A DNA stretch of 64,000 nucleotides from an uncultured Rhabdochlamydiaceae bacterium (GCA_963712275.1 CAVQHD010000001.1:448001-512000); one strand, 5' to 3'. Numbered from the stretch's first letter, positions 20,364 through 30,828 are shown. Translations and numbers: made by a program. The notes: a model not told the origin generated them from the sequence alone.

Positions 20364-20393
20364 TTGACGTAAATGATAGAAGCCAATTATAAT
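20364..20393 (+). promoter_or_regulatory. Candidate sigma70-type promoter
   Basis: TTGACG-18 nt-TATAAT upstream of RBS taaggag and the ATG at 20419. Confidence 0.5.
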
Positions 20394-20418
20394 TTTCTTC
20401 AAAACTTAAGGAGTAATT

Positions 20419-20880
20419 ATGTCAGTATTAGATTGTGCATTTAGACCACTCGAAACATGGAATACAATTAAAGAGTTGTTAAATCGCCATTTTGAAGGAT
20501 CTCAGCTAACCCAGTCCGAAGGGGCTTCTCTCATGATGAACGCTCATAAAATGGTTCCTGTCGTCGATCGGATGCTTGAGCAGCTCCCAGCAACAAAAGA
20601 ATTTGTTAACGATACATTCTGGTTTCTCAATCGACAAACGACGATTTTAGCCGGACTTTCAGTCACTTTATTAGGCGGGTTTCTTCTCTTTGCAGCAGGA
20701 GACTATCAAGACGCTCAAGAGCCTAAAAAAGCGCCTAAAGCAGGGCTGCTTAAATTCATTGGAGCCGCACTCACTATTTGCTCTATTGCAGGCGTGGCGC
20801 TCTGTGCAACATCTCAATCAAATTTTTTAACACAAATGTATCAGAATCCTCTCGTTCAAAAGCCAATCATACTCCTCTAA
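20419..20880 (+). CDS. Hypothetical protein with two hydrophobic segments (Inc-like)
   Basis: Promoter and RBS are present; two TM helices. Confidence 0.55.
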   Translation: MSVLDCAFRPLETWNTIKELLNRHFEGSQLTQSEGASLMMNAHKMVPVVDRMLEQLPATKEFVNDTFWFLNRQTTILAGLSVTLLGGFLLFAAGDYQDAQEPKKAPKAGLLKFIGAALTICSIAGVALCATSQSNFLTQMYQNPLVQKPIILL

Positions 20881-21434
20881 CTGTTGTATAAGTGAAGTAT
20901 CGAGTCCCCATATCGACGTGGGGGCTGGGCTTTAAGAGATGTCAGGAAAGGGTTTTGCTCTAGAGGAGACGGGTAAGGCGCTTCTACAAGTAGAACCCCG
21001 CCCTGCCTTAAGAGAGTATGCTGATCAATCCACTCAATCAACTCTAGATAAACTGGCAGTCTATGATAAGGAGGGTCGACGTAGATGATATCACTCTCAA
21101 GATCTCTCTGCTTTTGCAGCGCTTTCATCACATCGCTTTGAATCACGGCCCCATAAGCTGTCAGGTTTAGAAGGGTTAAATTTGCTTGAATGCATCGAAT
21201 CGATTGGGGGTGGCTATCGATAAAAATGGCTCGTTTAGCCCCTCGGCTCAGCGCTTCAATCCCCATCGCTCCGCTTCCTGCGAAAAGATCGAGGAAGACA
21301 GCTTCTTGAATATTGGGCTTTAAAATGTCGAAGACGGCTTTCCGAAGCAGAGACTTTGTCGGGCGTGTTTGATCCCCTTTGGGCGCTTTTAAAAGACGTC
21401 CGCGAAATTCACCGCCGAGAATTTTGAGTGTCAT
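20877..21434 (-). CDS. rsmD: 16S rRNA m2G966 methyltransferase
   Basis: Motifs TRPT, LDLFAGSGAMGIEALSRGA and DPPY. Confidence 0.9.
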   Translation of the reverse strand: MTLKILGGEFRGRLLKAPKGDQTRPTKSLLRKAVFDILKPNIQEAVFLDLFAGSGAMGIEALSRGAKRAIFIDSHPQSIRCIQANLTLLNLTAYGAVIQSDVMKALQKQRDLESDIIYVDPPYHRLPVYLELIEWIDQHTLLRQGGVLLVEAPYPSPLEQNPFLTSLKAQPPRRYGDSILHLYNS

Positions 21435-23226
21435 GGCCGAGCTGCTCTTCCGCTTGCTGCAAGAGAGCCTTCTCTCCCTCATTTAAATATTGATCAAACA
21501 ATGCATGTGCTTTTTCAACAGCCCACTGTTTTACAAGCAGTCTGGAGCCGGGTCTTGCTTTTGATAAAGAGATCGGTTTTCGAATGGAAAGCGTCTGATC
21601 TCGATTCTTTCCTTCAACAATCAGAACGAAATCGGTTAACTTGCTGGCGCTTCCGAGGAGCGTAAATGGGCGGTCGCTAAAAAGGTAAGGAAGCCTAAAC
21701 GAGGGAGGAAGAAGTTCGATCTGTACTAAAGGATCTGAAGAAATGATTGAGGCACACATCTCTTTGGCAATGGGGTGCCGAAGATCCATGATGAGCTTGG
21801 CAAGTCTGCGAGGAAACGCCGCATGGGTATCAGAATAGAGAAGAGAGCCTCGGCTTGCGAGCCCCAGCATTTTTAAAGAAGAGAGGTTGTTGCCATGTCC
21901 TGCTGTCGCTGTATAAAGGGTGATACGGTCTCGATTTGCTTCGAGCCATTGATTGATCTTTCTTCTCTGCTGATGAGGTTTTAAAGGGGTGTCTCCATCA
22001 GAAATGAGGATGGCTGTGACAATCCCTTTGTCTCCGACTGTTGGGGTAAGCACTTGAGTCAAAATCGTATAAATATCTGTTGCAGCACCATAATGGCCAT
22101 GCGGCTGCTGTCCTAAAAATTCTTCCGCGTATTTTTGGTTTGCTTTGCTAAAAGGGAGAGGTTCACTACTGAGCCGTGTGATCGATGCATCTAAGAGAAG
22201 GATATTAAAAGAATCGCCCTCTCTTAAAACACTGATCGCACGCGAGACTGCCCGTTTAAAAGCTTCGTATCGGTGCTTTTCAATCGAATTAGATCGATCA
22301 ATAATAAATAGATAGTTTTGTTTTAAGCAATGCTCCGAGAGATCGTGTTTCTGAATAAGGCTGATAGAAAATAAAAATCCTCCTCCCTCCCGAGGAATTG
22401 TCTTTACATCGACATCAAAAAATTCATTCCATTCTTTCAGTTGCAGGGAAGGAAAGCCGTATTCGCTCAGCACTAAAGGACTGTGAAGAGAGGCTATCGT
22501 TTGCGGTGTCTCAGAAGAAATCATAAAGTCAATAGAAGCGGCTAAAGGGTACTCTGCCAGCGCATCACAGAGGGCAGGAGGGCTGAGAAGCGGCTCCATA
22601 CGGTGAGGTGCTTCAGAAACAGGCATCTCAAGAGATGGTCTAGGAAGGGTAGCAGGTTTTTCTTCTGATGGAAGATAGCTAAAAACAGTTGGTATTTCTT
22701 GTGATGACATAGGTGGAAGGAGAGAGACAGTGTAGCCTGGGAGATCGTGCAATGAAAGCTCAGGACCTAAAAGGGAAGACTGATCAAGCGAGATTGCCGG
22801 AGATTGAACGGCAGCTCCTGGGTCATCGAAAGCGACTGGGAGGGAGAGTTGAAGTGCAGACTGGTGGCTTGGATCTTGAGGAAAGGCAAAGTCTAATGAA
22901 AGTTCCGGAGTCGCTATCTGAAGATTTAATTCTTGTTTTTCTTCAACCCCATAAGCCCATGTTGAAGGATTTGCAATCGGACTTTGAGTAGCCGTTGGGG
23001 AAGCTATTTCAAAATGAGCGAAGGTCTCTTCTAAGGCTTGATTTTTTTTTAAAATGACAATAGGGTCCTCCTCCAGCAGCATCGAGGGCGCCTTTCCAAT
23101 CTGCGTTAAAAGGCGCGGATCGAGATGGAGAGGTTTTGAAAATAGAGCAGCGATGATAATCGCATGGAGTGCGATGGATAGCAAAGTAGATCTGACAAGC
23201 CGCTCCTTCACGCTTATTTGGGTCAT
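21409..23226 (-). CDS. Membrane-anchored VWA-domain protein
   Basis: MIDAS-like IIDRSNSI and LISDG; N-terminal TM segment. Confidence 0.75.
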   Translation of the reverse strand: MTQISVKERLVRSTLLSIALHAIIIAALFSKPLHLDPRLLTQIGKAPSMLLEEDPIVILKKNQALEETFAHFEIASPTATQSPIANPSTWAYGVEEKQELNLQIATPELSLDFAFPQDPSHQSALQLSLPVAFDDPGAAVQSPAISLDQSSLLGPELSLHDLPGYTVSLLPPMSSQEIPTVFSYLPSEEKPATLPRPSLEMPVSEAPHRMEPLLSPPALCDALAEYPLAASIDFMISSETPQTIASLHSPLVLSEYGFPSLQLKEWNEFFDVDVKTIPREGGGFLFSISLIQKHDLSEHCLKQNYLFIIDRSNSIEKHRYEAFKRAVSRAISVLREGDSFNILLLDASITRLSSEPLPFSKANQKYAEEFLGQQPHGHYGAATDIYTILTQVLTPTVGDKGIVTAILISDGDTPLKPHQQRRKINQWLEANRDRITLYTATAGHGNNLSSLKMLGLASRGSLLYSDTHAAFPRRLAKLIMDLRHPIAKEMCASIISSDPLVQIELLPPSFRLPYLFSDRPFTLLGSASKLTDFVLIVEGKNRDQTLSIRKPISLSKARPGSRLLVKQWAVEKAHALFDQYLNEGEKALLQQAEEQLGHDTQNSRR

Positions 23227-25910
23227 CGTAGAGTGTCGAGTTTTAATGCTGCTCGGTGTTTCAAATAGGGAGTTGTTTGCATATCTTGTAAAATTTCTTT
23301 AAATAAAGAGATGGCAACTTTTTTCGCCTGCGCCTCTTTTTCTAAATCATTATTCCGCAAAGCTTCGATGGATTCCCAAGAAAAAATTTCAGCTTCAAGA
23401 TATTTCATGTAGCTTTGAAACAGCTGATCCTTCTCGGGATATCTCAAACGAGCTTCATGATACTCGTGGCTAGTAGGGTCGTCTTTAGCGTAAAAGTCTT
23501 CTTTGATTCGATTCAAAAAGAAGAGGGCCGATTCTGCACGTAGCTCTTCAGGAGCAAGAGAGATTCGAAGGTCGGCATAATCAAGAGCTGCTTCCAAATG
23601 AACAGGCTCATGAACGAGCTGTTTTTGAACTTGAAGATCTTTCAATGTCGATAAAATAAACCGCAAGGTCGAGTTCTCTTCGTTTTTTTCAGTAAGATCT
23701 ATACGAGAAAGGAGGAGACGACTTTTTTCTAAAAGAGCTGCTGAACCAATCATTGAAGATGCGAGCTTCTCTTTGGAGATGAGTTTATCAAAACCTTTTA
23801 AAGCTTCATCTGTCTGGTGTAAACTTAAAGATGTTTTAGCAAGTTCAAAAAGAATATGATCTTGCAGTTTCCATGGATAAGACTCATGAGCTGCTTGCAG
23901 TTCTATGAGTGATCGTAAAAGCCGTTCTTTCTCCTGAGGGGCAAGGATCCCTGCAAACTTGAGCGCTTCCGCTTCAAGAGCTGTGTGAGAAGGGTCGAAA
24001 TGGACTCCATACTGCTCATCAAGGGCCAATACTTTTTTGAAAAGACGTTGGGTTCTTTCTTTTGAAGAAAGATCTCCCTTCTGGGATTTTTCTAAGTAGT
24101 GATTGATCAGCCAGAGCTGGTTTTCTTGCTGAATAGCATTTCCATCCACGAGGAAGGTTTGGTAGAGATTATCAGCTGCTTTATCATACTCCTTGGTTGA
24201 AAGATAGGCATTGAAAAGGTAAAGGCGAAGGGTTGATTTATGCGTTAGATTCTCGGAAAGAGCCAGAGCTTTTTCAGCAACAGAAATAAACACCTGCGGC
24301 TCTGACTTTAACTCTCGGTGAGCCAGCGCTTGTAAAAGATAAGCTTCACTAAGAGAGGAGTGATTAGGATATTTTTGACATAACCGATCAAGCTCGATGG
24401 CAGCTTCTTTAAAATGATGGAGATCAAACATCAGCTGCCCCAATAAGAATTGATAAGAGGCCTCTTCCTCAGGAGAGAAAAGATCACAGATTGTTAAAGC
24501 CTGCGCAAGATCGGAAGCAAGCAGCTCTTTTTTCTCGCTTATCTGATCTTCGGCCGCCCCTTTCAAGGCTTGAATCGAGGAATGCACAACTGTAGACCAA
24601 ATCAAGTTAGAGTGGGGCGTCAATGGAAACCGTTTTAGGTAAGCAATAAATGCATTTCGACTTTCGCTCCATTGTTCTGTTTTGGAAAGGAGAAGAGCTT
24701 GATCATAGAGAAGCGTTTCTTGTTCCGGAAAATCGGGAAAATCTTTAAGCAATTGATTTAAATCACGGCTTGCCTGTGTTGCATTTCCTTTTTGCAGGGC
24801 TGTTTGCGCATGCAAGAGTAAGACCTTACCAGCCTCTTCGTCATGAGGAAAGGCCACCAAAAATTGTTCTAAGACTTCATCAAATAAAGGCCCGTTCTCA
24901 GTTTTTTGAGCGCAGTGAATCAGATTTAAAAAAGCAGCTCGTTTATAAGGGGTATTATCTAATTCTTGCTGAACAAATGTTCTAAAATGGACAATCGCCT
25001 CCGGCAGTTGCTCCAATTTGAAATAACTCCGAGCAAGGCAAAACTCAAACATTGCCCTCTGGTCGGAGCTAAGGTGCATCTCAAGTTTAGGGGCTCTACT
25101 AATTAAGTCTGAAAATCGATCATTTTGAAAGAGCAAAAGGAGTTCTTGATAAGCCGCATCAGAGACTCTCACTCCCCCTAAATCGACCACTCGTTGAAAT
25201 GTCTCTAATGCAATGAGAGGATCAAACTGCAGCTGCAGCACAGCCGCCTGAAGAAGAAATTCTTCACGCTGGTTGGGACGTTTTTCTGCCAGCATCTGAT
25301 ATAAGGGGGAAGCCTCCTTAAGCTCGCCGAGCTCTCGATGGATCTCTGCCAGAGGAAGAAGGGCTTTATCTTGGTAGGACGTATTAAAAAGCTCAAGAAA
25401 AAACGGCTTTGCTTGCGACGCAAGCTCTTGCCTTCCGCCTGCCTCAGCTACACCTCGCATCTTTCGAAATAAAGAGTCTGCAAAGATAAACTTCATTTCA
25501 TCCAAATGCTCGACTTTTTTATTTGAATCTTGAAAAAGAGACGCAAGCGTATCTGTCACCTCATCATAATCTTCTACAAGATAGAGGCATTGAAAGCGGC
25601 GAGGTTGAATTTTTTCGATCAGAAGAGGATCTGTAATCTTATTGTAACTTGCAAGTGCTCCTGCATAGTCGCTCTCTTGATACAACATATCTCCCATCAA
25701 GGCATAGAGGTTATTATGAATATTAGAGGATTCATGGGAGGCTAAAAACTCTTCGATTTGTTTTTTAACAAGGGGGTAATCGCGATCTTTCCAAAACTCT
25801 GTCACCCGCCGAAGAAAAAAGGCCTCGTGCGAAGAGAGGTTCTCTTGAGGAATCATCATCCCTTGCATTGCAAACAAATAACAACCGATTGAAAGAATCC
25901 ACGCGTTCAT
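23223..25910 (-). CDS. Large TPR-repeat protein
   Basis: Multiple TPR-like helical pairs and a signal-like N-terminus. Confidence 0.75.
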   Translation of the reverse strand: MNAWILSIGCYLFAMQGMMIPQENLSSHEAFFLRRVTEFWKDRDYPLVKKQIEEFLASHESSNIHNNLYALMGDMLYQESDYAGALASYNKITDPLLIEKIQPRRFQCLYLVEDYDEVTDTLASLFQDSNKKVEHLDEMKFIFADSLFRKMRGVAEAGGRQELASQAKPFFLELFNTSYQDKALLPLAEIHRELGELKEASPLYQMLAEKRPNQREEFLLQAAVLQLQFDPLIALETFQRVVDLGGVRVSDAAYQELLLLFQNDRFSDLISRAPKLEMHLSSDQRAMFEFCLARSYFKLEQLPEAIVHFRTFVQQELDNTPYKRAAFLNLIHCAQKTENGPLFDEVLEQFLVAFPHDEEAGKVLLLHAQTALQKGNATQASRDLNQLLKDFPDFPEQETLLYDQALLLSKTEQWSESRNAFIAYLKRFPLTPHSNLIWSTVVHSSIQALKGAAEDQISEKKELLASDLAQALTICDLFSPEEEASYQFLLGQLMFDLHHFKEAAIELDRLCQKYPNHSSLSEAYLLQALAHRELKSEPQVFISVAEKALALSENLTHKSTLRLYLFNAYLSTKEYDKAADNLYQTFLVDGNAIQQENQLWLINHYLEKSQKGDLSSKERTQRLFKKVLALDEQYGVHFDPSHTALEAEALKFAGILAPQEKERLLRSLIELQAAHESYPWKLQDHILFELAKTSLSLHQTDEALKGFDKLISKEKLASSMIGSAALLEKSRLLLSRIDLTEKNEENSTLRFILSTLKDLQVQKQLVHEPVHLEAALDYADLRISLAPEELRAESALFFLNRIKEDFYAKDDPTSHEYHEARLRYPEKDQLFQSYMKYLEAEIFSWESIEALRNNDLEKEAQAKKVAISLFKEILQDMQTTPYLKHRAALKLDTLR

Positions 25911-26017
25911 ACCACTCCTTATGACTTATCCTCTCTATTCAACAGACAAGATCTTTTTTTGTCCTCAAAATTGATACCATTTTTTTCTTTTTCCCCATTT
26001 TGGTATGTTTTCACAAA

Positions 26018-26062
26018 GAACCTATCCCGATAAAATTTTTCGTCGATTTTCGGGATAGGTTC
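26018..26062. repeat. 45-bp palindromic mini-element (copy 1, intergenic)
   Basis: gaacctatcccga...tcgggataggttc; a related copy lies at 61462-61507. Confidence 0.8.
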
Positions 26063-26075
26063 AAGGAGTCATTCG

Positions 26076-26996
26076 ATGATGGGAATTCAACTGATGCTGG
26101 TCGCCGGCTTATTTATTGCACTCTCTAACTATCTCATGCGAAAAAGTATTGATGCCGGGGGAACCACAAAAGGGTTTCTGATGGTTCAACTCTTTTTAGT
26201 TTTCATTGTCGCTATTCTTCTAAATCCTGTGCGAATGCATGACTATCAATGGAGCAATTGCATGGCCATTTTTGGGATTGCAGGAGGTGTCGTTCTTGCA
26301 CTCATGATGGCCGCACTGGGACGAGCCCTTGAAACAGGCCCACCAGGACTTACCTTTGCAGCCCTTAACTCGTCGACGGTCATGCCTTCGATTGTGATGG
26401 TCCTCTCTTTTGGGGCCGCTTTCGGATACCATTACACGTTTTGGAACGGCTTGGGATCCCTTCTTGTTGTTCTAGGTCTTTTTTGGGCAGGATGGCAAAC
26501 GTCTAAAACAGTCCAGAAAGGAGTTTGGCTCTCGTTTGTTTCTGCCGCTTTTTTTCTCCATGTACTGTTTCTGGTTTTTTTAAGTTGGAGAGCTCTCTTT
26601 ATCAATTACCCAGGAGAAAATGGCCTTTTTCTCTCCTTTGATATGGATGATGCAAAAAACGAATGGTTCATGCCTATGACCTTTCTTGCCGCATTTATCG
26701 TTCAGGCCTTGATCTACCTCTTTCACGAAAAACGGTGGCTTAAGAAAGGAGAAGTCCTTTATGGAATCCTCGGCGGCATTGCCAATGGGGTTGGAACCTT
26801 TTTTATGATTCGAGCAACCGAAGTCGCAACCCCGTTTGAGCATGCGATGATCTACCCTCTCTTTTCCGTCACAATTATCCTCCTATGCAATCTGTGGGGG
26901 CAGTGGCTTTATCGTGAACGAGTGAATTGGAAGGCCATCACCCTCTGCTTGCTGGGAATCTTTATCGGAACTATTAGCTGGAACGCATTGAAATAA
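26076..26996 (+). CDS. DMT/EamA-like membrane transporter
   Basis: About 10 TM segments in two repeated halves. Confidence 0.7.
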   Translation: MMGIQLMLVAGLFIALSNYLMRKSIDAGGTTKGFLMVQLFLVFIVAILLNPVRMHDYQWSNCMAIFGIAGGVVLALMMAALGRALETGPPGLTFAALNSSTVMPSIVMVLSFGAAFGYHYTFWNGLGSLLVVLGLFWAGWQTSKTVQKGVWLSFVSAAFFLHVLFLVFLSWRALFINYPGENGLFLSFDMDDAKNEWFMPMTFLAAFIVQALIYLFHEKRWLKKGEVLYGILGGIANGVGTFFMIRATEVATPFEHAMIYPLFSVTIILLCNLWGQWLYRERVNWKAITLCLLGIFIGTISWNALK

Positions 26997-27111
26997 TTTT
27001 TCTCTTTGCCCTATTGCCCATTAATCCTTAAAAACTGTACTATGTTTATAAAATTTTAATTTACATCAAGAGAGAAAAGCGAAGTGTTCTCTGTCAAAAA
27101 GGAGATCTTAT

Positions 27112-28725
27112 ATGGCATCATCTATAAGCAGTGTAAACTATTACGATTTGGAGAAACTTTTTCCTAAAAACAAAATAAGCAAAGACACTAAGTTTCATTA
27201 TTTAATTCTTGGCGATAAGACTGAAGAAGCAATTGCATGGCTGAATGATAACCATAACGCCGCTATCTGCTGTGAAAAAAAGTACTTGCTCACGCCTCTT
27301 CATCTTTGTGCAATTAAGGGGAACGCAAAAATGGCAACGATACTTATTGAGGGTTATCAGGCTAGTGTAGCGGCTCAAGATATCCACGGGTGGACACCCC
27401 TTCACCATGCAGCCCTTAGAGGAGAGGAGGAAATGCTAAATATACTTATATTAGCAGATAAAGTTCGTGGATCTACTGCATTAGCTCTTAAAAACATAAA
27501 TGAGGGGACCTATGAGGACTTAAGGCAATTAGCCTTTCCAAAGGTGCGGGCAGGTGCTGATAATTTAGAGCTGCAAAAGTCAATTGTATTCAGGTACCGT
27601 AATGATGAAAGGCAAATTGTTGATGGAACAGCAGGTCAATTTGAGAATATAATGGGGGCCAAATTTGCTAGCCAAATGCATGGAAGTCCGGAATTTTTTA
27701 TAGAAGAATGGATTAATCCTACTAAAATCACAGATGCTGATAAGGACCTCTCCCTACTAGTGAAAGCAAAGTATGCAAGTTATCTAGAAAAATCACCTCT
27801 TATTTATGTTGATAAAACAGAAGCAGGTTGGGGAGTTTTTGCTGAGGAAAATATTCAAGAAGGGTGTGTGCTTGTAGATTACCTAGGAGAAGCTACACAC
27901 AGTGGTGAAAAAAGCCTTTATGCCGTGCCCTTAAGTAATGGTGAAAAAATACGTAATTTAGGGCCCATACTTAATGACGGGTTTCCAAATTGTGTAGACA
28001 TGCCTCTATGCAATATAAAAGGTTTTCCAATCATCCGTGTATTGCTTACGATCCGTTCTATAGAGAAAGGAGAGCAGCTTCTCTGGAACTATGGGCATTA
28101 CCACCCTGTTAAGATGGAAAAACACTCTAATCTTGCAGGAGAAAAAGCACTAAAGTGGTTACAAGAGCAACCAATTATAAAACGGTATGAAGAGCTGGGG
28201 CAATGGGTTAATGGGCCAGGTAAAGCAGACCCACATTTCTCACTTCATTTTAGAACTCGCATTACCCCTTTTCATTATCTTCTCTGCACTCCTTCTTTTC
28301 AAATTCTTCTTCTTCTTCAAAAAATTACAAAGATAGATGACTTGTTTACTTTATCAAAACAAACATTCTTTGCTCAGAGAAATGACTCTACAAACCGTTC
28401 AGACAATCTCTTTTCCGCAGAGTCTTTAGATAGAACCTTTAAATTAGTAACGTTCCTATTTAAATTCTGCCAGGATATGGACAAGCCAGCTAATGGAGAG
28501 CAAAGAATCGTGCTTATTATGAATCAGCTGCTTTCTAAGATCAGCGTTGCTTGTATCTTTGGTTTTTTTGAAACTTTAAAAGAAAACCTTAAAGACAAAG
28601 ACAGCAAGACATTTGTATATAACCTTTTGAAAAAAGCTATTGCAGGAAATCTCTCACAATCGCGTCAACAGGGGAAAAAATTATTAGAAATGGCGACAGA
28701 TTATGCAAAAAACTTTAAAGAATAA
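27112..28725 (+). CDS. Ankyrin-repeat + SET-domain protein (candidate effector)
   Basis: Ankyrins TPLHLCA and GWTPLHHAA; SET motifs GWGVFA...YLGE, LNDGFPNC and IEKGEQLLWNYG. Confidence 0.8.
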   Translation: MASSISSVNYYDLEKLFPKNKISKDTKFHYLILGDKTEEAIAWLNDNHNAAICCEKKYLLTPLHLCAIKGNAKMATILIEGYQASVAAQDIHGWTPLHHAALRGEEEMLNILILADKVRGSTALALKNINEGTYEDLRQLAFPKVRAGADNLELQKSIVFRYRNDERQIVDGTAGQFENIMGAKFASQMHGSPEFFIEEWINPTKITDADKDLSLLVKAKYASYLEKSPLIYVDKTEAGWGVFAEENIQEGCVLVDYLGEATHSGEKSLYAVPLSNGEKIRNLGPILNDGFPNCVDMPLCNIKGFPIIRVLLTIRSIEKGEQLLWNYGHYHPVKMEKHSNLAGEKALKWLQEQPIIKRYEELGQWVNGPGKADPHFSLHFRTRITPFHYLLCTPSFQILLLLQKITKIDDLFTLSKQTFFAQRNDSTNRSDNLFSAESLDRTFKLVTFLFKFCQDMDKPANGEQRIVLIMNQLLSKISVACIFGFFETLKENLKDKDSKTFVYNLLKKAIAGNLSQSRQQGKKLLEMATDYAKNFKE

Positions 28726-28756
28726 GTCAGCTTATTAACCAGAGCTAACAATTCCG

Positions 28757-28994
28757 CAGGGTCTTGTGATAAGAAATACTTAACATTTTCTCATAAATAA
28801 TCTGGACAATATTCTTTGCAGATAAGCAGGCTCATATCGCATTACGTCTTGCATCAGCCAGACCTCGCGCCGGGTCGATAGTTTTGATGATGTTCATCGT
28901 GGTTCTGCGTAGCAGCCCCATGTTTTCAGCTGCATGACCTGTATTGGCCAAAGAAGAATCTTCTTCAAAGACGACATATGCAATATAACGCCAA
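28757..28994 (-). pseudogene. ISAs1-family transposase 3' remnant with probable terminal repeat
   Basis: HW...VVFEED...GHAAENMGLLRR resembles the ISAs1 C-terminus; cagggt terminus at 28757. Confidence 0.6.
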
Positions 28995-29040
28995 TGGAGC
29001 TCTTGTATAGAGATGAAGCCCTTGGGCCATATGCCCAATT
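28995..29040. repeat. 46-bp degenerate direct repeat of 29429-29474
   Basis: tggagctcttgtatagagatgaagcccttgggccatatgcccaatt versus tggagttcttgatagagatgaagcccttgggccatatgccccaatt. Confidence 0.85.
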
Positions 29041-29045
29041 GGACC

Positions 29046-29300
29046 CTATACTTTGTCTTCATCAGTCCATCCGGCTAAATGACAAGCTTCGTCAAAAGGG
29101 ATATTATTTTTAGGATTTTTCTCCTTGAGACGTTTGCGCGCTTTTTTAGCCAAAACATGATCCTCATATTCCTCTATAGCCCTAAGGATAAGGTCCGTTG
29201 CAAAATCTTTGAGTGACAACCCTTTTTCCGCACACAATAGCTTCAAAAAGGGATACGCCCTTCTAGGGAATTCAAAATTTAATCTAACAGTACTCTTCAT
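29046..29300 (-). CDS. RHH-type antitoxin-like protein; downstream toxin truncated
   Basis: 84 aa ending AIEEYEDHVLAKKA...IPFDEA; the overlapping start MKTKYRVQL is cut by the repeat. Confidence 0.6.
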   Translation of the reverse strand: MKSTVRLNFEFPRRAYPFLKLLCAEKGLSLKDFATDLILRAIEEYEDHVLAKKARKRLKEKNPKNNIPFDEACHLAGWTDEDKV

Positions 29301-29364
29301 CTCACACCTTTCGTTTTCCCCATTTTAATAATTATGAGTAAATGAGTTTTTTAAGTATTTGATT

Positions 29365-30312
29365 TTAAGACATATGATAGGCGTCGTAATGCTGGATTAG
29401 CTCGCCTGCTTTGGGATCTTTGCGCCCTTGGAGTTCTTGATAGAGATGAAGCCCTTGGGCCATATGCCCCAATTCAAAATAGAGCTTGCCTAATTGATAG
29501 TGAACATCCCCATCTTGAGGTTTTAAGTTCAGCAGAGTCTCATAAGTTTTTCGCTCTTCTTGTCGAAGGTCAAGATCGTGATAAACTTTTGCAATATGGC
29601 TTAAAGCCCAAGCATCATTGAGGGAATAGGTTAGCACAACTTTCAGCTCTTCAATTGCTGAGTGAGCTCTCTTCTTGAACTTTTCTTCCATTGCAGGCAA
29701 TTGATATTGGCGGGCTATGAAGGGAGAAGCCCCTTCTGGCATTTGATAAATCTGATAAAGAGCCATATAGGCGCCTGCTAAGGTTTTATGAAGCTCTAAA
29801 TCGGTCGGATAAAGCTTAACCCAATCGAAAAGCTTTCGAAGCGCCTGCAGATGGAGTGTTTCTTTCATCCAATGAATATCTTCCCAGTAACACCAGGTTG
29901 TAAATTTTTCAATGAGGGGAGAAATAGGCTGTAAAGAGGAAGGCACGGTATCATATTGAGATTCTTGCTCCTGGAGTTTTTGAATGAGTTGATAGATGGG
30001 ATAGAGCTTTTCCACTGACCAAGCAGCTTTTGAAGCAGGATGATCTATATTTGATAGAAACGTATCGCCGAGCTCTATCAATTGCTGAGCTTTTTTCGTC
30101 TGAAAATAAAACCGGAGGACAAGATAGGTAAAAACGGTCAGAAAGGTCGCCGCAACCACAATTGCAATCCCTAACGTTTTTGCAAAAAATGTCGTGAGGC
30201 TTAAAAGAATCAAAAGTTCCAGCACAAAAGCCGCTAGAAAGACCGCATGAAAGCGCGCATAACGACGAATTAGCCGTTGGAACTCTTTAAATGTTTGCTC
30301 GACAATGGTCAT
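29365..30312 (-). CDS. Two-TM protein with C-terminal TPRs
   Basis: Two N-terminal TM helices; TPR DVHYQLGKLYFELG. Confidence 0.7.
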   Translation of the reverse strand: MTIVEQTFKEFQRLIRRYARFHAVFLAAFVLELLILLSLTTFFAKTLGIAIVVAATFLTVFTYLVLRFYFQTKKAQQLIELGDTFLSNIDHPASKAAWSVEKLYPIYQLIQKLQEQESQYDTVPSSLQPISPLIEKFTTWCYWEDIHWMKETLHLQALRKLFDWVKLYPTDLELHKTLAGAYMALYQIYQMPEGASPFIARQYQLPAMEEKFKKRAHSAIEELKVVLTYSLNDAWALSHIAKVYHDLDLRQEERKTYETLLNLKPQDGDVHYQLGKLYFELGHMAQGLHLYQELQGRKDPKAGELIQHYDAYHMS

Positions 30313-30317
30313 AGATC

Positions 30318-30764
30318 TTACTTATTTCCAGTTTGGATCATGTGATTGATGACTCGCTGCGAAACGCCTGCCTTTTTAAGATCGATGATATCTGCGCTGC
30401 TGAGATAAAAAACACTTTTTGTCGCATCGATCTGACTGATAATCACATCATCGGAAATCCCTGCTTTTGTCATTTTTTTAACATCATCCGTTGAGAGTTG
30501 CTCCCCCCGATCAATTTTACGAACCGTACTTGGACTTTCTCGATTGAGGGATCGCCGGTCTGATTCATCTAAAGCAGCCCCAATGATGGCTCCGCTAGCC
30601 GCTCCAATAGCCCCTCCTATAAGAGCTCCACCTCCCGACCCTGTGATCAGCGCTCCTCCAACAGCTCCAATTCCGGCTCCTGCAAGGGCTCCCGTCCCCG
30701 CCTTGCTTTCACAACCGATTAAAAAAAGAGTCAAACAAGCCGCGCTGAATGATTGCAATCTCAT
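30318..30764 (-). CDS. Glycine-zipper lipoprotein
   Basis: Lipobox LIGC; GAGIGAVGG...GGAIGAASGAIIG. Confidence 0.8.
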   Translation of the reverse strand: MRLQSFSAACLTLFLIGCESKAGTGALAGAGIGAVGGALITGSGGGALIGGAIGAASGAIIGAALDESDRRSLNRESPSTVRKIDRGEQLSTDDVKKMTKAGISDDVIISQIDATKSVFYLSSADIIDLKKAGVSQRVINHMIQTGNK

Positions 30765-30828
30765 AGAAGCCTTCTCCCTTTGCATTCTCTCCATAATCTA
30801 AACTAAGGGATCGATGCAAGAAGATTGC

